Shown piece after piece: positions 6,454-16,012 of a DNA stretch of 32,000 nt (positions within the stretch are counted from its first letter, which is position 1; each line of letters starts with the position of its first letter). This DNA is from Mycobacterium tuberculosis H37Rv. Lineage in GTDB: Bacteria; Actinomycetota; Actinomycetes; Mycobacteriales; Mycobacteriaceae. The notes under the pieces were generated by a model, which had not been told where the DNA came from, did no database searches, and saw only the letters and a list, made by a program, of their open reading frames with translations. Where the stretch lies: assembly GCF_000195955.2 (NCBI RefSeq), contig NC_000962.3, forward strand, positions 2,880,001 to 2,912,000, given 5' to 3'. The position numbers and the translations under genes are program-made.

Positions 6454-9400
6454 ATGAGCATCAAAGTTGCGCTGGAGCACCGCACCAGCTACACCTTTGA
6501 CCGGCTGGTGCGGGTGTATCCGCACATCGTGCGGCTACGCCCGGCGCCGCACTCCCGCACCTCCATCGAAGCCTACTCGCTGCGCATCGAGCCCGCCGAC
6601 CACTTCATCAACTGGCAGCAGGACGCGCTGGGCAACTTTCTGGCGCGGCTGGTCTTTCCGAATCCCATGCGCCAACTGCGTATTACCGTCGGGCTTATCG
6701 CCGACCTCAAGGTGATCAACCCCTTCGACTTCTTTATCGAGGACTGGGCCGAGATATGGCCCTGCGCAGGGATGGCCTACCCCAAGGCGCTCGCCGATGA
6801 CCTGAGGCCGTACTTGCGGCCGGTCGACGAAGACGGCGACGGTTCGGGCCCCGGCGAGCTCACGCAGGCCTGGGTGCGCAACTTCACGGTGCCCGATGGC
6901 ACCCGCACCATCGACTTCTTGGTCGCACTCAACCGCGCGATCAACGCCGACGTCGGCTACTGCGTGCGCATGGAGCCCGGAGTTCAGACACCGGATTTCA
7001 CGCTGCGCACCGGCGTCGGCTCGTGCCGGGACTCGGCGTGGCTGCTGGTCTCGATCCTGCGTCAGTTCGGGCTGGCCGCCCGGTTCGTGTCCGGCTACCT
7101 GGTTCAGCTGGCATCCGACATCGAAGCGCTCGACGGGCCGTCGGGGCCCGCCGCCGACTTCACCGACCTGCACGCGTGGGCCGAGGCATACATCCCGGGT
7201 GCCGGCTGGATCGGGCTGGACCCGACGTCGGGGCTGTTGGCCGGCGAGGGCCACATTCCGCTGGCGGCTACGCCCCACCCCGCCAGCGCGGCACCCATCA
7301 GCGGCGGCACCGACGTGTGCGACACCGTGCTGGAGTTCTCCAACACCGTCACCCGCGTACACGAAGACCCACGTGTCACGTTGCCCTACACCGACGAGTC
7401 CTGGAAGACCATCTGTGAGGTGGGCCAGCGCGTCGATGAGCGGCTGGCCGCCGCCGACGTCCGGCTGACCGTCGGCGGCGAACCGACGTTCGTGTCGGTG
7501 GATAACCAGGTCGCCGAAGAGTGGCGGACGGCGGCCGACGGCCCACACAAACGCGAACGGGCATCCGACCTGGCCGCCCGCTTGAAGGCGGTGTGGGCCC
7601 CGCAGGGACTCATCCACCGCGGTCAGGGCAGGTGGTATCCCGGAGAGCCGTTGCCGCGCTGGCAGATTGCGCTGTATTGGCGCACCGACGGGCGGCCGCT
7701 GTGGACCAACGACGCGCTGTTGGCCGACCCCTGGGGCGCCCCGCCCGCCGACCCCGTCGACGACGACGCGGCCTACCGGGTGCTCGCCGGGATCGCCGAC
7801 GGCTTGGGGCTGCCGATCTCGCAGGTGCGGCCCGCCTACGAAGACCCGTTGAGCCGGCTGGCTGCGGCCGTGCGAATGCCAGCCGGCGACCCGGTGGAAT
7901 CCGGTGACGACCTCGGCTGCGACACCAACCCCGACACCCCCACCGGCCGCGCCGCGCTGCTGGCGCGCCTCGATGAGGCCATCACCTCTCCGGCTGCGTA
8001 CGTGCTGCCGCTGCACCGCCGCGACGACGGGCAAGGCTGGGCCAGCGCGAACTGGCGGCTGCGCCGCGGTCGCATCGTGTTGCTCGAAGGGGATTCGCCG
8101 GCGGGCCTGCGGCTGCCGCTGGATTCGATCAGCTGGCGCCCACCCCGGGCATCGTTTGACGCCGACCCGGTAGCTGTGCGATCCACATTGCCGGCGGAGC
8201 TCCACACCGACCGGGCCGTAGTGGAGGATCCCGAGACGGCTCCGACCACCGCGTTGGTCGCCGAGGTCCGGGGTGGGCTGGTGCACATCTTCTTGCCGCC
8301 CACCGACGCGCTCGAGCACTTCATCGACCTTGTCGCCCGAGTCGAGGCCGCGGCGACGACGGCCAACTGCCCGGTGGTGATCGAGGGCTACGGCCCACCC
8401 CCGGACCCGCGGCTGACGTCCACCACAATCACCCCCGACCCCGGCGTCATCGAGGTCAACATCGCGCCCACCGCCTCTTTTGCAGAACAACGGCAACAGC
8501 TGGAAACCCTGTATCAACAAGCGCGCCTGGCCCGACTCACCACCGAAGCGTTCGACGTCGACGGCACGCACGGCGGCACCGGCGGCGGCAACCACATCAC
8601 GCTTGGCGGCGTCACACCCGCGGACTCACCGCTGCTGCGCCGGCCCGACCTGCTGGTTTCACTGCTGACCTACTGGCAGCGACACCCGTCGTTGTCCTAC
8701 TTGTTCGCCGGGCGTTTCGTCGGCACCACGTCACAGGCGCCCCGGGTTGACGAGGGCCGCGCCGAGGCGCTCTACGAACTCGAGATCGCGTTCGCCGAGA
8801 TCCTCCGGCTGTCGCCGTCGTCCGGGGGCGGCCGGCCCCAACCGTGGGTGACCGACCGCGCGCTGCGGCACCTGCTCACCGACATCACCGGCAACACCCA
8901 TCGCGCCGAATTCTGCATCGACAAGCTCTACAGCCCCGACAGCGCCCGGGGCAGGCTCGGCCTGCTGGAGCTCCGCGGGTTCGAGATGCCGCCGCACCTG
9001 CACATGGCGATGGTGCAGTCGCTGCTGGTGCGCTCGCTGGTGGCGTGGTTCTGGGACCAACCGCTGCGCGCCCCGCTGATCCGCCACGGCGCCAACTTGC
9101 ACGGTCGATATCTATTGCCGCACTTCTTGATTCATGACATCGCCGACGTCGCAGCCGACCTGCGCGCGCACGGCATCGCGTTCGAGACTAGCTGGCTGGA
9201 CCCGTTCACCGAGTTCCGCTTCCCGCGCATCGGCACCGCCGTATTCGACGGCATTGAGATCGAGCTGCGCGGGGCCATCGAGCCATGGCACACCCTTGGC
9301 GAGGAGGCCACCGCGGCAGGCACCGCGCGCTATGTCGACTCGTCGGTCGAGCGCATCCAGGTCCGCATCATCGGCGCCGACCGGCACCGCTACGTGGTGA

Positions 9401-9795
9401 CCTGTAACGGCTACCCGATGCCGTTGCTGGCTACCGACAACCCCGACATCCACGTGGGTGGTGTGCGGTTCAAAGCGTGGCAGCCGCCCAGCGCGCTACA
9501 CCCGACCATCACGGTCGACGGCCCGTTGCGGTTCGAGCTCATCGACATCGCCACCGCTACCTCGTGCGGCGGCTGTACCTACCATGTCGCCCATCCGGGC
9601 GGCCGCGCCTACGACGAGCCCCCGGTCAACGCTGTGGAGGCGGAGGCCCGCCGCGCCCGGCGCTTCGAGGCGACCGGCTTCACCCCGGGCAAGCTCGACC
9701 TGTCCGACATCCGGGAGAAACAGGCCAGGATATCCACCGATATCGGCGCGCCGGGCATCCTCGACCTACGACGCGTGCGTACCGTGCAACAGTAA
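6454..9795 (+). CDS. Transglutaminase-like Cys peptidase fused to DUF2126 (putative GS-fold amidoligase); long conserved protein (Rv2566-like)
   Basis: ORF 6325..9795. I prefer the ATG at 6454 because MSIKVALEHRTSYTF aligns with the Bact_transglu_N-type start of the paralogous gene at 13464-14408. A GTG at 6373 is the alternative. The TGase triad is GSCRDSAW / DLHAWAEAY / GLDPTSG. The long C-terminal region includes GTHGGTGGGNHITLGG. Confidence 0.88.
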   Translation: MSIKVALEHRTSYTFDRLVRVYPHIVRLRPAPHSRTSIEAYSLRIEPADHFINWQQDALGNFLARLVFPNPMRQLRITVGLIADLKVINPFDFFIEDWAEIWPCAGMAYPKALADDLRPYLRPVDEDGDGSGPGELTQAWVRNFTVPDGTRTIDFLVALNRAINADVGYCVRMEPGVQTPDFTLRTGVGSCRDSAWLLVSILRQFGLAARFVSGYLVQLASDIEALDGPSGPAADFTDLHAWAEAYIPGAGWIGLDPTSGLLAGEGHIPLAATPHPASAAPISGGTDVCDTVLEFSNTVTRVHEDPRVTLPYTDESWKTICEVGQRVDERLAAADVRLTVGGEPTFVSVDNQVAEEWRTAADGPHKRERASDLAARLKAVWAPQGLIHRGQGRWYPGEPLPRWQIALYWRTDGRPLWTNDALLADPWGAPPADPVDDDAAYRVLAGIADGLGLPISQVRPAYEDPLSRLAAAVRMPAGDPVESGDDLGCDTNPDTPTGRAALLARLDEAITSPAAYVLPLHRRDDGQGWASANWRLRRGRIVLLEGDSPAGLRLPLDSISWRPPRASFDADPVAVRSTLPAELHTDRAVVEDPETAPTTALVAEVRGGLVHIFLPPTDALEHFIDLVARVEAAATTANCPVVIEGYGPPPDPRLTSTTITPDPGVIEVNIAPTASFAEQRQQLETLYQQARLARLTTEAFDVDGTHGGTGGGNHITLGGVTPADSPLLRRPDLLVSLLTYWQRHPSLSYLFAGRFVGTTSQAPRVDEGRAEALYELEIAFAEILRLSPSSGGGRPQPWVTDRALRHLLTDITGNTHRAEFCIDKLYSPDSARGRLGLLELRGFEMPPHLHMAMVQSLLVRSLVAWFWDQPLRAPLIRHGANLHGRYLLPHFLIHDIADVAADLRAHGIAFETSWLDPFTEFRFPRIGTAVFDGIEIELRGAIEPWHTLGEEATAAGTARYVDSSVERIQVRIIGADRHRYVVTCNGYPMPLLATDNPDIHVGGVRFKAWQPPSALHPTITVDGPLRFELIDIATATSCGGCTYHVAHPGGRAYDEPPVNAVEAEARRARRFEATGFTPGKLDLSDIREKQARISTDIGAPGILDLRRVRTVQQ

Positions 9796-12449
9796 TGGCA
9801 CCCTCAGCTTCTGCCGCTACCAACGGCTACGACGTCGACCGCCTGCTGGCCGGATACCGCACCGCGCGTGCCCAGGAAACACTGTTCGACCTGCGGGACG
9901 GCCCGGGAGCCGGCTATGACGAATTCGTCGACGACGACGGCAACGTGCGACCGACCTGGACCGAGCTCGCCGACGCGGTCGCCGAACGTGGCAAGGCGGG
10001 GCTGGACCGGCTGCGCTCGGTGGTGCACAGCCTGATCGACCACGACGGCATCACCTACACCGCAATCGATGCACACCGGGACGCGCTGACCGGCGACCAT
10101 GATCTGGAACCGGGGCCGTGGCGCCTGGACCCGCTGCCGCTGGTGATTTCCGCGGCCGATTGGGAAGTGCTGGAGGCCGGCTTGGTGCAGCGATCGCGCT
10201 TGCTTGATGCCATCCTCGCGGACTTGTACGGGCCCCGCAGCATGCTCACCGAGGGTGTCCTGCCGCCAGAGATGCTGTTCGCTCATCCCGGCTACGTGCG
10301 TGCCGCTAACGGGATCCAGATGCCTGGGCGCCACCAACTTTTCATGCACGCCTGTGATCTCAGCCGGTTGCCCGACGGGACTTTTCAGGTCAACGCCGAC
10401 TGGACGCAGGCGCCCTCGGGCTCCGGCTATGCGATGGCCGATCGACGTGTCGTCGCGCACGCCGTTCCCGATCTGTACGAGGAACTGGCGCCGCGACCCA
10501 CCACACCGTTCGCCCAGGCGCTCCGGCTGGCACTGATTGACGCGGCACCCGATGTCGCCCAAGACCCCGTCGTGGTGGTGCTCAGCCCGGGCATCTATTC
10601 AGAAACCGCTTTCGACCAGGCGTATCTCGCAACGCTGCTGGGTTTCCCGCTAGTGGAAAGCGCGGACCTGGTGGTGCGCGACGGCAAGCTGTGGATGCGT
10701 TCGCTGGGCACGCTGAAACGCGTTGACGTCGTTCTTCGCCGCGTCGATGCCCACTACGCGGATCCACTGGATCTACGCGCCGATTCCAGGCTCGGTGTCG
10801 TCGGTTTGGTGGAAGCGCAGCACCGCGGAACAGTGACCGTCGTCAACACGCTGGGCAGCGGCATCCTGGAGAACCCAGGCCTGTTGCGCTTCCTGCCGCA
10901 GCTATCCGAGCGCCTGCTCGACGAAAGCCCGCTGCTGCACACCGCTCCGGTCTACTGGGGCGGCATCGCCAGCGAACGCTCACACCTACTGGCCAATGTC
11001 TCGTCGCTGCTGATCAAAAGCACTGTCAGCGGGGAAACTCTTGTCGGACCGACACTTTCGTCTGCACAACTGGCCGATCTGGCAGTGCGTATCGAGGCGA
11101 TGCCGTGGCAGTGGGTGGGCCAGGAGCTGCCGCAGTTCTCGTCGGCGCCCACCAACCATGCCGGGGTGTTGTCGTCCGCCGGGGTAGGCATGCGACTGTT
11201 CACCGTTGCCCAGCGCAGTGGTTACGCGCCGATGATCGGCGGCCTCGGCTATGTACTGGCGCCCGGCCCTGCCGCATATACGCTGAAAACCGTTGCAGCA
11301 AAAGATATCTGGGTGCGCCCAACGGAGCGTGCGCATGCCGAGGTGATAACGGTGCCGGTGTTGGCGCCGCCGGCCAAAACCGGAGCGGGCACCTGGGCGG
11401 TCAGCTCTCCGCGCGTGCTGTCCGATCTGTTCTGGATGGGCCGCTACGGCGAGCGCGCGGAGAACATGGCCCGGCTGCTGATCGTCACCCGCGAGCGCTA
11501 CCACGTTTTCCGGCACCAGCAGGACACCGATGAAAGCGAGTGCGTGCCGGTGCTGATGGCCGCGCTGGGCAAGATCACCGGATATGACACCGCAACTGGC
11601 GCCGGCAGCGCTTACGACCGGGCCGACATGATCGCGGTCGCCCCGTCGACACTGTGGTCTTTGACCGTGGATCCGGACCGGCCGGGTTCCCTTGTTCAGT
11701 CGGTGGAGGGGCTGGCACTTGCCGCCCAGGCGGTGCGCGACCAGCTGTCCAACGACACCTGGATGGTGCTGGCCAATGTGGAACGCGCGGTGGAGCACAA
11801 GTCCGACCCGCCGCAGTCGCTGGCAGAGGCGGACGCCGTGCTTGCGTCGGCTCAGGCGGAGACGCTAGCCGGCATGCTGACGTTGTCCGGGGTGGCCGGC
11901 GAGTCGATGGTGCACGACGTGGGCTGGACGATGATGGACATCGGCAAGCGTATCGAACGCGGCCTGTGGCTGACCGCGTTGCTACAAGCCACGTTGAGCA
12001 CCGTGCGCCACCCCGCCGCCGAGCAAGCCATCATCGAGGCAACCCTGGTGGCGTGTGAATCGTCGGTTATCTATCGGCGCCGCACCGTAGGCAAGTTCAG
12101 TGTCGCCGCTGTGACCGAGCTGATGTTGTTCGACGCCCAGAACCCGCGCTCGCTGGTGTATCAGCTGGAACGGCTGCGCGCCGACCTGAAAGACCTGCCT
12201 GGCTCGTCGGGATCGTCTCGTCCGGAACGGATGGTGGACGAGATGAACACCCGCCTGCGCCGCTCACACCCAGAAGAGTTGGAAGAGGTCTCCGCCGACG
12301 GGCTGCGCGCCGAGTTGGCGGAACTGCTGGCCGGGATACATGCCTCGCTGCGTGACGTGGCCGACGTCCTCACCGCCACTCAGTTGGCGTTGCCCGGCGG
12401 CATGCAACCGCTGTGGGGTCCAGACCAACGGCGGGTGATGCCGGCCTAA
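9795..12449 (+). CDS. Circularly permuted ATP-grasp (type 2) fused to alpha-E domain (Rv2567-like)
   Basis: The ATG at 9795 overlaps the upstream TAA (TAATG). 884 aa. The extension to 9477 is Arg/Pro-rich and lies inside the upstream gene. The alpha-E signature VLSDLFWMGRYGERAENMARLL begins near 11415. Confidence 0.88.
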   Translation: MAPSASAATNGYDVDRLLAGYRTARAQETLFDLRDGPGAGYDEFVDDDGNVRPTWTELADAVAERGKAGLDRLRSVVHSLIDHDGITYTAIDAHRDALTGDHDLEPGPWRLDPLPLVISAADWEVLEAGLVQRSRLLDAILADLYGPRSMLTEGVLPPEMLFAHPGYVRAANGIQMPGRHQLFMHACDLSRLPDGTFQVNADWTQAPSGSGYAMADRRVVAHAVPDLYEELAPRPTTPFAQALRLALIDAAPDVAQDPVVVVLSPGIYSETAFDQAYLATLLGFPLVESADLVVRDGKLWMRSLGTLKRVDVVLRRVDAHYADPLDLRADSRLGVVGLVEAQHRGTVTVVNTLGSGILENPGLLRFLPQLSERLLDESPLLHTAPVYWGGIASERSHLLANVSSLLIKSTVSGETLVGPTLSSAQLADLAVRIEAMPWQWVGQELPQFSSAPTNHAGVLSSAGVGMRLFTVAQRSGYAPMIGGLGYVLAPGPAAYTLKTVAAKDIWVRPTERAHAEVITVPVLAPPAKTGAGTWAVSSPRVLSDLFWMGRYGERAENMARLLIVTRERYHVFRHQQDTDESECVPVLMAALGKITGYDTATGAGSAYDRADMIAVAPSTLWSLTVDPDRPGSLVQSVEGLALAAQAVRDQLSNDTWMVLANVERAVEHKSDPPQSLAEADAVLASAQAETLAGMLTLSGVAGESMVHDVGWTMMDIGKRIERGLWLTALLQATLSTVRHPAAEQAIIEATLVACESSVIYRRRTVGKFSVAAVTELMLFDAQNPRSLVYQLERLRADLKDLPGSSGSSRPERMVDEMNTRLRRSHPEELEEVSADGLRAELAELLAGIHASLRDVADVLTATQLALPGGMQPLWGPDQRRVMPA

Positions 12450-13471
12450 ACGGTGCGACGGCTGTGAGCCGGCTCGAAATCCGGGGCCACCTCGTCGACG
12501 ACGGTGTGGATGAACCGCATCTTCTCCAGCACAGCGGCCGGCAGCACAAAGGGGTATAGGTCGTCGTGGCCCATCGAGCGATTGACCATGTTCAGCGACC
12601 ACGACAGCGGCAGCCACTTGTCGATGATGGTATTAAAAGCGCTGGGGCCCAACGCCGGCCGGTCGAAGGTTGCCGACGCCGGTGCCAGGCCGCACCAGGC
12701 CGCGGTGTCCAGGGCGTCGCGGATATGCAGGTAATGAGCGAACGTCTCGGCCCAATCCTCACTCGCGTGCATGGTCGCATACGACGAGACAAAGCTGTCC
12801 TGCCAACCTTCCGGCGGGCCGCCACGGTAATGCCGATCCAACGCCTGGGAGTAGTCAGCGTCCGGGTCTCCGAACAACTCGTTGAACCGGGACAGATAGT
12901 CGCTTGACGAGGCGATGAGTCGATAGAAGTAGTAGTGCCCGATCTCGTGGCGGAAGTGCCCAAGCAGGGTCCGATACGGCTCGTCCATCTCGACCCGCAG
13001 CTGCTCCCGATGCACATCGTCGCCTTCGGCGAGATCCAGTGTGATGACTCCGTTCTGGTGTCCGGTGGTCACGTTCTCGTGCGCGCTGGACAATAGCCGG
13101 AAGGCCAACCCATGGTCAGGATCCTGGTCGCGGCCGACGATCGGCAGCTTCAGCTCGTGTAGCTCGGCGATCAGCCGCCGCTTGGCACCTTCGGCTCGGG
13201 CGAACTCCGCCAGCCCGGCGGTGTTGGTATCGCTGGGCCGCTCGATGGTCAGCACACAAGAACTGCAAAGTCCGCCGAGCTGATCACTGGGCACCAGCCA
13301 ATTGCATTGCGCGAGGTGGAGATTGGCGCAGAGTTGGACATCGGCGTCGTCGGCGATGACCAGCAGCGCCATCCGCCCAAGAGAAAACCCCAGCGCGCTG
13401 CCGCACGACAGGCAGGCGGAGTTCTCGAATGCCAGGCGCTGCCCGCAATTTGGACAGTGGAAGTCACGCAT
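12446..13471 (-). CDS. Zinc-ribbon plus HExxH putative zinc metallopeptidase (Rv2568c-like)
   Basis: The N-terminal zinc ribbon is CPNCGQRLAFENSACLSCG. The HExxH motif sits in HFRHEIGHYYF. An ATG at 13471 gives 341 aa; ATGs at 13480 and 13501 are also possible. The start overlaps the upstream gene's stop by 8 nt. Confidence 0.85.
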   Translation of the reverse strand: MRDFHCPNCGQRLAFENSACLSCGSALGFSLGRMALLVIADDADVQLCANLHLAQCNWLVPSDQLGGLCSSCVLTIERPSDTNTAGLAEFARAEGAKRRLIAELHELKLPIVGRDQDPDHGLAFRLLSSAHENVTTGHQNGVITLDLAEGDDVHREQLRVEMDEPYRTLLGHFRHEIGHYYFYRLIASSSDYLSRFNELFGDPDADYSQALDRHYRGGPPEGWQDSFVSSYATMHASEDWAETFAHYLHIRDALDTAAWCGLAPASATFDRPALGPSAFNTIIDKWLPLSWSLNMVNRSMGHDDLYPFVLPAAVLEKMRFIHTVVDEVAPDFEPAHSRRTV

Positions 13472-14408
13472 GCAGCGCATCACCTTCGAAGGGCACGACA
13501 TCGACAGAAACGTCGATCACACTGTTCTCGGAGTTGGTGTAGATGATGCCGCGTAGCGGCGGCACGTCTGCGTAGTCGCGGCCGCGGCCCACGACGATGT
13601 AGCGCTGGTCGACCAACTGGTCATTGGTGGGATCCAGCCCCAGCCACTCGAACCGCCCGGGCTGCTGCGGAGTCCACACCGAGGCCCAGGCATGCGTCGC
13701 GTCGATGCCGATCATCCGATCCTTTCCGGGCGGCGGGTCGGTGGCCAGGTAGCCCGACACATAACAGGCCGCCAAACCGTTGGCCCGTAGGCAGGCGATC
13801 GCCAGCCTGGCGAAATCTTGGCATACCCCTTCGCGGGCCAGCAGCACCTCGTTGACTCCTGTGGAAATCGTCGTGGAACCCGAGCGGTAGGTGAAGTCGG
13901 TGTAGATCCGCGACGCGAGATCGCGCAATACCTCGACCAGGGGGCGTTTGGGCAGGAAGCTAGGAGCCGCGTACTCACGCACCGCATCGGTGATCTCCGG
14001 CGGGTTCAAGTCCAGGGTGAACTCGGTGGCTAGCGATCCGGGCAGCCCGGCGGGCCGGGCCGCCTCCCACGGTTGCAGCGCCGGCCCGCTGGTGTAAAGC
14101 CCGGGCGGCGGCGGGGACACGTCGACGATGGAATCGCTGGTGATCGTCAAGGTGCGGTGCGGTTCGGTGACGTGGAAATAGGAGCTGATGTTGCCGTACC
14201 CGTCGCGGCTGGTGGACCGGTCGGCGGGGGCCGGGTCGATGGTCAGCCGGTGTGCGACACAACGCTGCCGCAGCGAATTCCGCGGCGTGAGAAACCCGCG
14301 GCCATAGGAGCTGGTCACCACGTCGGAGTAGCGGTATTCGGTGCGGTGTGTTACTCGATAGCGGTGAGTGCCCGACAACGGCAACGACAACGAGCTATCT
14401 GCTGACAA
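13464..14408 (-). CDS. Transglutaminase-like Cys peptidase with Bact_transglu_N-type N-terminus (Rv2569c-like)
   Basis: 314 aa. TTG start at 14408, with AGGAGG 7-8 nt upstream on the minus strand. The N-terminus reads YRVTHRTEYRYS. The triad is GVCQDFARL / THAWASVW / GLDPTND. Confidence 0.9.
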   Translation of the reverse strand: MSADSSLSLPLSGTHRYRVTHRTEYRYSDVVTSSYGRGFLTPRNSLRQRCVAHRLTIDPAPADRSTSRDGYGNISSYFHVTEPHRTLTITSDSIVDVSPPPPGLYTSGPALQPWEAARPAGLPGSLATEFTLDLNPPEITDAVREYAAPSFLPKRPLVEVLRDLASRIYTDFTYRSGSTTISTGVNEVLLAREGVCQDFARLAIACLRANGLAACYVSGYLATDPPPGKDRMIGIDATHAWASVWTPQQPGRFEWLGLDPTNDQLVDQRYIVVGRGRDYADVPPLRGIIYTNSENSVIDVSVDVVPFEGDALHA

Positions 14409-14511
14409 AAAGCTACCTCCTGGCTGATCACATCACACGCCGGCGGCTCGTCCGGCGCGATCGTCGCGCAATGTGGCGCCAAGCGCACCATAGCCGGAGC
14501 ACAATTAAAGC

Positions 14512-14901
14512 GTGGCTACCTGGGACGACGTCGCCCGTATCGTGGGTGGGCTGCCGCTGACCGCGGAGCAGGCACCGCACGACTGGCGTGTTGGCCGCAA
14601 GCTGCTGGCCTGGGAACGGCCGCTGCGCAAGTCCGACCGCGAAGCCCTGACCAGGGCCGGATCGGAGCCACCGTCCGGCGACATCGTCGGTGTCCGAGTG
14701 TCGGACGAGGGGGTGAAGTTCGCCTTGATTGCCGACGAGCCGGGCGTGTACTTCACCACCCCGCATTTCGACGGCTATCCAGCGGTGCTGGTCAGGCTGG
14801 CCGAGATCGAGGTTCGCGACCTCGAGGAGTTGATCACCGAGGCCTGGCTGATGCAGGCGCCGAAGCAGCTGGTGCAGGCGTTTCTCGCCAATTCAGGCTG
14901 A
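14512..14901 (+). CDS. Conserved hypothetical protein, probably MmcQ/YjbR-like (Rv2570-like)
   Basis: GTG start, 129 aa. The pattern WDDVARIVGGLPLTAE...GRKLLAWE...YFTTPHFDGYPAVLVRL...LEELITEAWLMQAPKQL resembles the YjbR family. The family assignment is from memory only. Confidence 0.7.
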   Translation: MATWDDVARIVGGLPLTAEQAPHDWRVGRKLLAWERPLRKSDREALTRAGSEPPSGDIVGVRVSDEGVKFALIADEPGVYFTTPHFDGYPAVLVRLAEIEVRDLEELITEAWLMQAPKQLVQAFLANSG

Positions 14902-15960
14902 CATGCCCGACGGGCCCGGGCGTTCGATTACCCGTTGTAGATCGGTGACACACGCTTGGACGATATCGGCGCGCACCACTTCGTTGCTGCCACAAGCAGC
15001 CGATTGCAGTGTCGACGCGGTTGCGCGGGCGGCGGCCGCGTGCTCGTTCGCTGCCGTCGGATCCGCGTCGGCCAGGCCGGTTCCCGCGGCGAGGTCGGTG
15101 AGCACGGCGTGCACGGGCGTTGGCAGCTTATCGCCACCAGGCCCGGCAATGGTGCGAGCCAGATGCAACACCGAACTGACCAGCAGGGCCAGGTAGACGG
15201 CCTGTTGATCGAGATCGCGGACAGTGCTGCGCACCCCCCATCGGCGGGGCGCTCGCCGCGCCACCATGGCAGCGTTGGCGCGCACCTCGATGAGCCCGTT
15301 CAGCTGCTGATGCAGTCGATCAGCGGCTGCCATCGGCCAGTCGGGCGGGGCGCTGGTGGGATCGCTCACCGTGTTCACCAGCTCGGCGAGGATGTCGCGC
15401 ACAGCGGCCAACACGTCGGCGCGCGCACTGCACAGCATGACCACCGGGTCGGGCGGGAAGAGCAGAATGCTGAACACGATAGCCAGCCCACCACCGACCA
15501 GCGCGTCGAAGAGGCGTTCGAAAACCACACTGCCGTTGGACGCGAAGACCAAGACCAGCACCGCGGAGACGGCGGCCTGGTTGATGAACATTAAGCCTTG
15601 CGCGACCAACCCGCGTGCGCACAGCACCGCGACCGACAACGCGATGAACACCACCACACCCATGGCGATCGGTCCGGAACCAAGCAGAGCATGCACGCCA
15701 GCACCCAGCACGATCCCCAGCGCCACCCCGACGATCATCTGTTGGGCACGTCGTGCGCGCAGCACGTTGGTCGCCGACATGCACACCACAGCCGAAATCG
15801 GCGCGAAGAACGCCTGCGGATGGTTGAACACGTCATGGGTGAGATACCACGCGAGGCCGGCGACGACCGATGTCTGGGTGATCGGCCACAGCACGGTGCG
15901 CAACCGTTGGGCGACCGCACGGCCGCCGCAGGCCGTCCTGACTAGCAGCGAAGCGCTCAT
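14893..15960 (-). CDS. Ala/Val/Leu-rich integral membrane protein, FUSC/aromatic-acid-exporter-like (Rv2571c-like)
   Basis: 355 aa. The N-terminal half has multiple TM helices (VVAGLAWYLTHDVF, FFAPISAVVCMSATNV, IVGVALGIVLGAGV and others). The C-terminal half is soluble and helical. The 3' end overlaps the convergent gene by 9 nt. Confidence 0.85.
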   Translation of the reverse strand: MSASLLVRTACGGRAVAQRLRTVLWPITQTSVVAGLAWYLTHDVFNHPQAFFAPISAVVCMSATNVLRARRAQQMIVGVALGIVLGAGVHALLGSGPIAMGVVVFIALSVAVLCARGLVAQGLMFINQAAVSAVLVLVFASNGSVVFERLFDALVGGGLAIVFSILLFPPDPVVMLCSARADVLAAVRDILAELVNTVSDPTSAPPDWPMAAADRLHQQLNGLIEVRANAAMVARRAPRRWGVRSTVRDLDQQAVYLALLVSSVLHLARTIAGPGGDKLPTPVHAVLTDLAAGTGLADADPTAANEHAAAARATASTLQSAACGSNEVVRADIVQACVTDLQRVIERPGPSGMSA

Positions 15961-16012
15961 GAACGCCTATTTATTCACACTCGGGTGCGACGTCGTAACC
16001 GCAAAGATCTGG

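Noticed and set aside
6535..8595. 686-aa ORF antisense to the transglutaminase/DUF2126 gene. Similar long shadow ORFs occur at 15356-17224 (622 aa), 24752-25711 (319 aa), 19438-20358 (306 aa), 5136-5954 and 3080-3871.
   Set aside because: These are typical high-GC antisense shadow ORFs. They are Arg/Gly/Pro/Ala-rich with no recognisable motifs, and each is fully covered by a confidently identified gene on the other strand.
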